A DNA stretch of 57,790 nt, taken from positions 1 to 57,790 of IMG/VR virus record IMGVR_UViG_3300033149_006504; one strand, written 5' to 3'. Position numbers and translations under genes: made by a program. The stretch's first letter is position 1, and every line of letters begins with the position of its first letter. The stretch comes from a virus (lineage: Duplodnaviria; Caudoviricetes). Positions 19,154 to 28,300 of this stretch are shown here, piece after piece. A model generated the notes under the pieces. The model was not told the origin of the DNA and searched no databases. It worked only from the letters and a program-made list of their open reading frames with translations.

Positions 19154-20451
19154 AAGATTGGTCCATAAAAGAATTAGAGCATTGGGACACAGAAATTTGC
19201 AAAATTGCAAAAGAGAAATATAATCTAGATTGGTTCCCTATCGAGTACGAAATCTTAAATTATCATGAGATGATCGGTGCCATGGCATATTCCGGCCTAC
19301 CGTCACATTACCGTCATTGGTCTTTTGGAAAATCTTTCGAAAGAACAATAACTAGATACAATCTTGGGATGGAGGGTTTGCCGTATGAGATGATCATCAA
19401 TGCGAATCCTTCAATCGCTTACCTCATGCTTGAGAACCCGATGAGTACCCATTTATTAACAATGGCTCACTGTGTGGGACATTCAGATTTTTTTAAAAAT
19501 AACAGAATGTTTAAATATACGAATCCGGCCGACATTCTAGCAAGTTTCAAATCCGCCGCAAAAAGAGTTAAGTCATATATAGAGGACCCAAATATTGGAA
19601 TAGAGAAAGTGGAGAGAATCTTAGATGCATGCCATTCTATTCAATATCAGGTGCCCCGCACACCGGGAATATTTAGAATGAGCGAGCATGAGACTAAAAA
19701 GCTGATTATTAAAAAAGCTAAGGGGAAGATCGATTTATCTTCCGGTCTGGTAAATAAAAATTATAATCTTTTGGATTTTATCAAGAAGAACGCCAGAAAT
19801 CTGGAAGATTGGCAGCAAGACTTAATTGAGATGGTGGAGAGAAGATCTTCATATTTCATCCCACAGGCTCAAACAAAGATCATGAATGAGGGTTGGGCAG
19901 TCACGATTCATGAAAAAATAATGAAAGATTTAAAGCTTGCAGATAAATACTATTTAGCATTCTTAAAAACACACAATCAGGTTGTGAGACCTATAGTCGG
20001 AAGAGTGAATCCTTATCATCTGGGATATATGATTTTTAAAAAAATTGAAGAAAAATATGGATTTGAGGAGAGTCTTCTTGTCAGGGAAACCCACGACGAT
20101 GAGTCCTTTATTCGAAAATATCTAGATGAAGACTTATGTAGAGAACTGAACCTATTCAGCTATTCTTACAGCAATAAACAGAAAAATTATGCCATTAATG
20201 ACATTTCCGATAAAGAAGGGTGGAAAAGCGTTAGGTCCGCCCTAATTAGTAATGTAGGGTTGGGGGGAGTTCCTATCGTTTATGTTAAAGACCATGATAA
20301 AAAGACAAATACACTTTATATCAAGCATGAGCATGATGGTAGGGATTTAGATATCCCGTATGCAAACAAGGTCTACAGCCAGATTTGTTATTTATGGGGC
20401 GATGACGTCGATTTTACAGCAATTATAGATGAGGAACTATGGGAATTTTAA
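19150..20451 (+). CDS. spoVR: SpoVR/YcgB family protein
   Basis: GLPSHYRHWSFGK, YEMIINANPSIAYL, AHCVGHSDFFKNN, YFIPQAQTKIMNEGWA, NPYHLG and HEHDGRDL motifs. Confidence 0.95.
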   Translation: MKDWSIKELEHWDTEICKIAKEKYNLDWFPIEYEILNYHEMIGAMAYSGLPSHYRHWSFGKSFERTITRYNLGMEGLPYEMIINANPSIAYLMLENPMSTHLLTMAHCVGHSDFFKNNRMFKYTNPADILASFKSAAKRVKSYIEDPNIGIEKVERILDACHSIQYQVPRTPGIFRMSEHETKKLIIKKAKGKIDLSSGLVNKNYNLLDFIKKNARNLEDWQQDLIEMVERRSSYFIPQAQTKIMNEGWAVTIHEKIMKDLKLADKYYLAFLKTHNQVVRPIVGRVNPYHLGYMIFKKIEEKYGFEESLLVRETHDDESFIRKYLDEDLCRELNLFSYSYSNKQKNYAINDISDKEGWKSVRSALISNVGLGGVPIVYVKDHDKKTNTLYIKHEHDGRDLDIPYANKVYSQICYLWGDDVDFTAIIDEELWEF

Positions 20452-20452
20452 A

Positions 20453-22393
20453 ATGAAACATTCAAAAACAAATAAATTTTTAGAGATCGCAGAGGGGCAT
20501 AAAAAAAGCAGCAAAAGAGAGAAGTTTTCTGGCACTTTTTCTGATTTTTTGGAATTGTTGGAAGACGATAAAGATATCGCGATATTGGCCCACAAACGCC
20601 TATATAGCACGATCGTTGAAAAGGGAATAACAAGATTGTCAGAAGAAGATTCCCGCTGTAATAACCTATTTAATGGAGAAGCCCTCAAAACTTATGATTA
20701 TTTTCAAGATAGGTTTTTTGGAATGGAGCGACCTCTCGCTAAAATTATGAGATATTTGCACTCTGCATCGATGAGGGGAGAAGAGAGTAAGCAAGTTTTA
20801 CTCCTCCTCGGACCCGTCGGAGCCGGTAAATCGGCACTAGTTGAACACATTAAGCGCGCCTTGGAGAATTCTGGCAAACTATATGCTCTTGGGGACTGCC
20901 CGATACAAGAAGATCCACTCCATCTTGTTCCTCGCTCCCTCAGAGAAAACTTTAAAGATATCTATGGAATAAAGATCGAAGGAGACTTATGCCCGGTTTG
21001 TCGTCACAACCTATTGGAAGTACACGGCGGAGATTATACAAAATTTCCAGTAAAAGAAACTTCCTTTTCAATTCGGGGCCGTCGCGGCATCGGAGTTGTT
21101 CCGCCTATGGATGCCAACACTCAAGACACAAGCATCCTGATAGGGTCAGAAGACATTTCTAAATTAGATCTATATCCAGAGGACGACCCTCGTGTTCTGT
21201 CCCTTAACGGGGCCTTTAATGTGGGAAATCGTGGAATCGTGGAATTCGTAGAGGTCTTCAAAAACGAAATAGAGTTCTTGCATACAATGATTACAGCAAC
21301 TCAAGAAAAAGCTGTCCCGTCTCCTGGTAAAGGGGCGATGATTTACTTTGATGGGGTTATCCTTGCCCACTGTAATGAAGCAGAATGGGTTAAATTCAAG
21401 TCTGAAAATACAAACGAGGCAATTTTAGATAGAATAGTTCGAGTAAACGTTCCATATTGTTTGGAGGTTAGTGAAGAACAAAAGATCTATCAAAAACTTC
21501 TTGACGAATCAGATTTCGATGCACATATCGCACCGCACACACTTGAACTTGCGGCCATGTTCTCTGTACTCAGTCGGCTAAAATCTTCCAACAAAGTTGA
21601 CCCCCTCACTAAAATGAAGATCTATGATGGGCAGGAAATCGTCGAAAAAGGATATATCAAAAAAGTGGATATTAATGATTTGAGGGACGAAGTACGCGAC
21701 GAGGGAATGACAGGCATCTCGACAAGATTCATTATGAAATCTATAGATGCAGCTCTCGCTGATTCCGAAAGGAACATGGTTACACCGATCTCTATTCGGG
21801 ATGCTCTCGTCAAACAAGTTAAAGAACAGGTCGTTGTAGAAGAGCTGAGGGAGAAATATTTATCCTTTCTCCAAAAAGAGCTTCACGATGAATATCTCAA
21901 AATATTGGAAACAGAAATCACGAAAGCCTTTGTTTCTGCATACCAAGAACAAGCAGAATCGCTCTTTGACAATTATCTCGATCATGCGGAATCATATGTC
22001 AATGGGACCAAGGTTAAAGACAAGGTAACTAATGAAGAAATGGTAGCTGATGAACCTTTCCTGTGCTCAATCGAAGAACAAATCGGAATAGTCGGTTCCG
22101 CAAGAGAAAACTTTAGGGCAGATATCACCGCATACATGTTTGCAAAATTGAGAAAAGGCGAAAAGATTGACTGGACATCATATGGTCCTCTTAAAGAGGC
22201 CATCGAAAATAAGCTGTTAACTTCGGTACGAGATATCTCCAGAATCGTCACGAAATCCAAGTCGAGAGATAAGAAGCAGCAAGGAAAATACAATGAAATG
22301 GTGAAAACCCTTATCGAAAATTATGGTTACGACGAGAACTCTGCTACGGAAATTATCAAGTATGCATCGAATAATCTATGGAGAGACAGTTAA
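20453..22393 (+). CDS. prkA: PrkA/YeaG family AAA+ ATPase (annotated serine kinase)
   Basis: Likely start at ATG 20453. FFGME, Walker A LLLGPVGAGKS, CPIQEDPLHL, GNRGIVEFVEVFK, NEAILDRIVRVNVPYCL and EGMTGISTRF motifs. Confidence 0.95.
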   Translation: MKHSKTNKFLEIAEGHKKSSKREKFSGTFSDFLELLEDDKDIAILAHKRLYSTIVEKGITRLSEEDSRCNNLFNGEALKTYDYFQDRFFGMERPLAKIMRYLHSASMRGEESKQVLLLLGPVGAGKSALVEHIKRALENSGKLYALGDCPIQEDPLHLVPRSLRENFKDIYGIKIEGDLCPVCRHNLLEVHGGDYTKFPVKETSFSIRGRRGIGVVPPMDANTQDTSILIGSEDISKLDLYPEDDPRVLSLNGAFNVGNRGIVEFVEVFKNEIEFLHTMITATQEKAVPSPGKGAMIYFDGVILAHCNEAEWVKFKSENTNEAILDRIVRVNVPYCLEVSEEQKIYQKLLDESDFDAHIAPHTLELAAMFSVLSRLKSSNKVDPLTKMKIYDGQEIVEKGYIKKVDINDLRDEVRDEGMTGISTRFIMKSIDAALADSERNMVTPISIRDALVKQVKEQVVVEELREKYLSFLQKELHDEYLKILETEITKAFVSAYQEQAESLFDNYLDHAESYVNGTKVKDKVTNEEMVADEPFLCSIEEQIGIVGSARENFRADITAYMFAKLRKGEKIDWTSYGPLKEAIENKLLTSVRDISRIVTKSKSRDKKQQGKYNEMVKTLIENYGYDENSATEIIKYASNNLWRDS

Positions 22394-22423
22394 AATAGCC
22401 AGCACCCTTTAAACACCAATTTT

Positions 22424-22465
22424 AAACAAAGCCTCGTAATATTTTTACGGGGTTTGTTTTTTTTT
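22424..22465 (+). terminator. Rho-independent terminator after prkA
   Basis: CCTCGTAA-TATTT-TTACGGGG stem extended by AAACAAA/TTTGTTT and followed by a long T tract. Confidence 0.8.
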
Positions 22466-22648
22466 GTTGCCATATTCAGTTATTTTTTGCTTTTGAGGAT
22501 AGGTGGCACTATCTACGAACGACTTGGTGCAACCTTAGACCAAGCTCTTGTTTTTTTGAAAAACCTCGGTTTTTTTTAAGAGCAAATTTACTTTTTTTTA
22601 AGGAGAAAAAAATATGAAAATAAATAAAACAAATAGGAGGAACTTATC

Positions 22649-25276
22649 ATGGCTTTAAGTGATCACACTTTAATAGCAGCTTATCCGCTTGGCTTCGGAA
22701 TCGAAGACTTGCAGGACAGCTACGATGGATATAGTGCCCAAAACATGACATTTGCTGGAGATGTGGAACTCGGCGGATTACCCGTCGCAGATTTCAACAG
22801 CTCTTATTACGGCATCGATAATGCTCTAGAAAATGGTCTTGACACAGAGTATTCAATCTCAATGTGGATTAAACCAGATTCGCTTCCTGCGGGCAGTGCC
22901 CAAAGAACTATTATGGCAAATGAGCAACACGGCTCTTATTATAATACCTTTGGAATCCAACAGATGTCCGATGGACAGCTTTACATCCATCACAGATCTG
23001 CCAATGGTGGCGCCTATGATATCGCATTTACCGGTGTGTCCCTTGCGGTAGACGAATGGTACCATGTCACTGCAACATGGAGTGGCACACAAATCAAGTG
23101 GTATGTCGATGGTGAATTGACAAGCACCACGGCCGCCACAAGGGTTCCTTGGAACTCTCCAGCTACACTCTGGATCGGCGCAAATGCAACGAAAACCAAT
23201 AAAACATACTACGACGGTAAAATGTCGGATTTAAGGTTCTGGTATTCAGAACTTACTGCATCCGATATCTCGGAGTTATATGCAGCAGGACAAGTTCCGA
23301 TAGACTTGGGCCTCGTCCTTCATCATGACTGTGATGATGCGACAGCCGAAATCGGTTCGGATGTGACCTTTACTGATGTTTCCATTGGCTCATCTTTAGG
23401 TCGCACACATTGGGATTTTGCGAATCTCAATTCAAAAGCACCATTGGATGTGAATAACCTGCCAGACATGTCTGGCGATTGGACCGTTTCGATGTGGTTT
23501 TCGGAGATGACAGCTCCAACCACTTGGCGATCCATTGCAAAAAGTCAAACAGAAATCTTGGGAGTGGTTTCAAGTCCGCATCACTCACCCGCTAACACAC
23601 TGGGTGTTTACACAACCACTGGTTATGTAAGCGCTGGATACTCGATGAATTATTTGAATTTTCAAAACTGGAATCACATGGTTATCGTCGGTAGCGGAAC
23701 AACTACCAAATTTTATATTAATGGATCACATGTCGGAACAGCACCAGTGAAAATTTCAACAGATCTCTATTCAATAAATAATCAACCCGTTGGGGCTTAC
23801 AATCAGTTGTTTGCAAACAACATGGACGATTTACGAGCTTGGAATCGTGCACTCTCAGAAATTGAAGTTCAAGCCCTCCACCTAACAACAACTGTCACGC
23901 CATCTCTAACAGATGATCTTGTAGCAAAATATGCTCTTGATACTGATGCATCTGATTCTGTTGGATCGAATGACGGAACAGTGACTGGTGTTGATTTCAT
24001 ATCAGATTCTGGAAGAACCGTTGCCTCATTCGACGCATCTGCTGGTGAGAAGATTCATTTTGGCGATGTTGACGATGTTGACTTTGGAACCGCTGATTTC
24101 TCGGTTGGAGCTTGGGTTAACTTTAACTCTATCTCAACGGGCCCATTTGTTTCGCCAGTCGTTCAAAAAGGTCAGACAAGCTTGGCCAATTGGAGCGGAT
24201 ATGCCCTGAACGCTTATCAAGGACAAATGAGGTTCGGGGTAGGTGGAAATAATGGAGTTAAAGTTGCCGCAGCTGCAATTACAACAGGCGATTGGCATCA
24301 TGTAGTTGGTACAAGAAAAGGCGCGGCTATAAAGCTGTATATTGACGGCTCTTTGGTGGATACACAAGCCGATACAATGACTAGGAATGTTAGCACACAT
24401 TTGCCATTAACTTTTGGTTCCATTAACAATGGTACAGAATACAATGGATTGTTGGATGCAATGGTTGACGATGTTCGAGTTTGGTCTAGGGCACTCTCTG
24501 ATTCTGAAGTCTCAACCCTACATGCAGCAGGAGCAGATAGCCCTGCCCCATCCGGCTATGACTGGACTCACGGCGGAAACTTGTCTGATATTGTCAAATT
24601 CTCAAGAGGATATGACATTTCTGGCAATCCTTCTTATGCTTATGCTAAGAAAGAGTCGGGTGATGGTTCAACAACTCTGTACTTTGCGACAGATTTCCAA
24701 ACATGGTCAACATTCTCATCATATGCTTCCGGTGTGTCATCAATTGACGGCTCCCCAATTTGCATGGAATATGGCCCGAATGGAAAAGTTCTGGTAGGAA
24801 CAGATAGCGGCAAGTTATATGAAATCGTCCTTGACGGCTCATCGGCTCCGCAATCTTACTCACTTGTCCATTCAATGGCTGGTAGTGAAGATATCAAGGT
24901 CATTAAATATGGTGTATCTTCCAACTTGTGGGCTTTCGAAGCTGGCGGAAAGGTTTATACCATTCCTGTCGGAGGCGGAGCAGCAGTTGAAAAACTCGAC
25001 CTAAATGTTGTAGATCAAGCTGGCTCTATCGTGCAGGACATGTCCGAAGCGAATGATGCTTGGTCAATTGTGGTTCGTCGCTCTGATTTCACCTTCGTGG
25101 TGTATCTGGTGTCACCTGACTGGTCAACTGTAAACAACCCTGCTTCTTTGCAAGCGGTGTTGAGTGCGATCAATCCGGTGGATTTGAACTACTTCTACGA
25201 TATTGACACTTGGTGTGCTTCTGGTGCTGATGGAACTGTCATTACGACAGACGACATCAATAACTGGATCGTATAA
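22649..25276 (+). CDS. LamG/concanavalin A-like lectin repeat protein (three domains plus C-terminal domain)
   Basis: Three repeats of the SISMWIK...WYHVTATW..YVDG...DLRFW-type LamG_3 pattern; GGAGG RBS. Confidence 0.85.
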   Translation: MALSDHTLIAAYPLGFGIEDLQDSYDGYSAQNMTFAGDVELGGLPVADFNSSYYGIDNALENGLDTEYSISMWIKPDSLPAGSAQRTIMANEQHGSYYNTFGIQQMSDGQLYIHHRSANGGAYDIAFTGVSLAVDEWYHVTATWSGTQIKWYVDGELTSTTAATRVPWNSPATLWIGANATKTNKTYYDGKMSDLRFWYSELTASDISELYAAGQVPIDLGLVLHHDCDDATAEIGSDVTFTDVSIGSSLGRTHWDFANLNSKAPLDVNNLPDMSGDWTVSMWFSEMTAPTTWRSIAKSQTEILGVVSSPHHSPANTLGVYTTTGYVSAGYSMNYLNFQNWNHMVIVGSGTTTKFYINGSHVGTAPVKISTDLYSINNQPVGAYNQLFANNMDDLRAWNRALSEIEVQALHLTTTVTPSLTDDLVAKYALDTDASDSVGSNDGTVTGVDFISDSGRTVASFDASAGEKIHFGDVDDVDFGTADFSVGAWVNFNSISTGPFVSPVVQKGQTSLANWSGYALNAYQGQMRFGVGGNNGVKVAAAAITTGDWHHVVGTRKGAAIKLYIDGSLVDTQADTMTRNVSTHLPLTFGSINNGTEYNGLLDAMVDDVRVWSRALSDSEVSTLHAAGADSPAPSGYDWTHGGNLSDIVKFSRGYDISGNPSYAYAKKESGDGSTTLYFATDFQTWSTFSSYASGVSSIDGSPICMEYGPNGKVLVGTDSGKLYEIVLDGSSAPQSYSLVHSMAGSEDIKVIKYGVSSNLWAFEAGGKVYTIPVGGGAAVEKLDLNVVDQAGSIVQDMSEANDAWSIVVRRSDFTFVVYLVSPDWSTVNNPASLQAVLSAINPVDLNYFYDIDTWCASGADGTVITTDDINNWIV

Positions 25277-25378
25277 TAGAAAATATATGCATACTGTGAC
25301 CGTGCATATTAATCGGTGGTCACGAATTAATACTTATGTTAGTTAATGGGATAATTTACCCCCAAGGAGAAAAAAACA

Positions 25379-28300
25379 ATGAGTAAACGTACAAGATTAA
25401 AGGGAATAGATCAGGTAGACATCGCGCTATCTGGGGTTTCCGATTATGAGACTTATGCAGATGCTGTATTAGCAGGAGACAGCGGCCTAGCTGACTTATC
25501 GATGGACCTTTTCGATATTAAGGCCCTCGCCCTGAGTGCTAGTGTCGCAGACTATCAGGCTGCAGCTAAAAATCATGCCATCATCAACTATGGCATGCTT
25601 AATTATGCAGTCGGAATTGAAGAGGCTCGTGCCCTCGCAGCAGAAGCTGCAATTCAAGCTGATGTTGATGCAAACGAGGCTGCAGCACTTGCAGCTCGCA
25701 ATGCAATTCAAGCTGATGTTGATCAAAACGAAGCCGATGCAGATGCTGCAATCGCCGCACTCCAAGCCGATGTTGATGGAAACGAAGCTGATGCAGATGC
25801 TGCAATCGCCGCACTCCAAGCCGATGTTGATGGAAACGAAGCTGATGGTGATTCTGATCGTGCTGCTATCCGCAGCGAGATCGCCGCAGCTAAGGTTATT
25901 TCTGATGCTCTTCATGCTGCTATCCAGAGTGATGTTGACCAGAACGAATTAGACTCCGATGCAGCAGAAACATCACTCACGACTCGTCTGGCAGCAGAAG
26001 AAGTCGCTCGTGCCGCTGATGTCGATGCCGAAGAAGCTCGTGCCATCGCCGCTGAAGCAGTGCTTCAAGCTGATATTGATCAAAATGAAGTGGATGCTGA
26101 TATCGCAGCAGCATCACTCACCACACGCGTAGCCGCCGAAGAAGCCGCACGTGCATCTGCAGTTAGTTCTGTTGATGTTCGCTCTGCAGCAGAAGAAGCA
26201 GCTCGTGCCGCAGGTGATTCCTCTCTTCAAGTCAGACTGGCTGCAGAAGAGGGTTCCCGAGCCTCGGGTGATTCCTCACTCCAGACTCGCTTATCCGCAG
26301 AAGAAGCAAGAATGGACGCAGTCCTTCTCTCTTCCTCCGCAGACAAAGACAGTTTCGCTGAAATCGTTTCTTTGATCAACGCTGTTGATCTCACAAACGA
26401 CAATGACTTGGCAGCCGCCGTCCTTAGTTTGGCAAACGTCGATTCCGCAGAAGAAGCCGCAAGACTTGCTGCTGATGCCTCACTCACAACCCGTGTTGGT
26501 GTTGAAGAGGCTGCAAGAGCTGCAGCCGACTCCTCGCTCACCACTCGTTTGGGTGTTGAAGAAGCGGCCCGTATTGCTGATGTAGATGCAGAAGAACTTC
26601 GTGCATTAGCTGCTGAAGCAGCACTTCAGGCAGACATTGATGCAAATGAAGCTGCCTCCGATGCCGCTGAAGCTTCACTCACCACTCGCTTGAGTGCTGA
26701 AGAAGTTGCAAGAGCTGCTGCAATTAGCTCTTCCGACATTCGTGTCGCTGCTGAAGAAGCTGCAAGAGCTGCTGCTGACTCCTCACTCACCACTCGCTTG
26801 AGTGCTGAAGAGTCCGCTCGTGTTGCAGATGTTGCTGCACTTCAAGCCGATGTCGATCAGAACGAATCTGATTCTGATTTCGCCGAAGCATCACTCACCA
26901 CTCGTTTGGGTGCTGAAGAAGTTGCAAGAGCTGCTGCAGATGCTTCTATCGTCGTCAAGCACGACGCAGAACTCGCTGCACTTCAAGCTGATGTGGACGG
27001 AAACGAATCCGACGCAGATGCTGCCATTGCTGCCCTTCAGGCCGACGTGGACGGAAACGAAGCTGATGCAGATGCTGCAATCGCTGCACTTCAAGCTGAT
27101 GTGGACGGAAACGAAACTGATTCCGATGCCGCAGAAGCATCACTCACCACCCGCTTGGGTGTTGAAGAAGCTGCTCGTGCCACGGCCGATGCATCTATAG
27201 TCACAAAGCATGATGCAGAGATGGCTGCCCTTCAGGCAGATGTTGATGCAAATGAAGTGGCCTCCGATGCTGCTGAAGCCTCACTCACCACTCGTTTGGG
27301 TGCTGAAGAGGTTGCAAGAGCTGCAGCTGATGGATCCTTGACAACTCGTCTTGGTGCCGAAGAAGCTGCAAGAGCTGCTGCAATTTCTACCCTGGAATCA
27401 AAGCATGATCTTGAGGATGCTGCAGAACAAACGGCACGTGCCGCTGCAGATGCATCTTTAAACTCTAAAATTGATGCTGAATCTGCCGCACGAATTATCG
27501 ATGTTGATGCAGAAGAAGCTCGCGCCCTAGCAGCAGAAGCTGCATTGCAAGCTGATATCGACCAGAACGAAACTGATTCTGATGTTGCTGAAGCATCACT
27601 CACCACTCGTCTCGGTGTCGAAGAGGCTGCAAGAGCAGCCGCTGATGGTTCTATTGACACTCGTATGGGTGTTGAAGAAGCAGCAAGAGCAGCTGCAGAT
27701 ACCTCACTGTCTTCACGTGTACTCGCTGAAGAAGGTGCAAGGGCTTCAGGCGATTCCTCGCTCACTACTCGTTTGGGTACTGAAGAGGCAAGAGTAGATG
27801 CTATTTTGCTCGCCGCCGATGCAGATAAAGACAGCTTCGTTGAGATCGTTTCTCTGATCAATGCTGTTGATCTTACTAACGACGATGCACTCGCGGCCGC
27901 TGTACTTAGCCTCGCAAATGCTGACTCTGCAGAAGAAGCAGCAAGAATTGCTGCAGATGCTTCTTTAACCACTCGTTTGGGTGCTGAAGAAGTTGCAAGA
28001 GCTGCTGCAGATACCTCACTGACGACTCGTGTCGCAGCAGAGGAGGCCGCACGTGCTGCTGCTGATGCATCGATCGATGTTGTCAACGCTGCAATGCAGG
28101 CTGACATTGATCAGAACGAAACTGATTCTGATGTTGCTGAGGCATCACTCACGACTCGTCTCGGTGTCGAAGAGGCTGCAAGAGCTGCCGCTGATGGATC
28201 CTTGACAACTCGTCTTGGTGCTGAAGAGTCCGCAAGGGCCGCAGCTGATGGATCTATCGACACTCGTATGGGTGTTGAAGAGGCCGCAAGAGCTGCAGCT

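Noticed and set aside
17948-22393. Host chromosomal contamination or prophage boundary at the prkA operon
   Set aside because: The operon overlaps the phage neck gene stop codon, has similar AT-rich composition, is flanked by virion genes on both sides, and shows no integrase or att site. Read-level confirmation is still advisable.
25274-25324. Stop-codon readthrough fusing the LamG and fibre genes via the pseudoknot
   Set aside because: Tandem TAA TAG stops and further in-frame stops in the gap make a fusion implausible.
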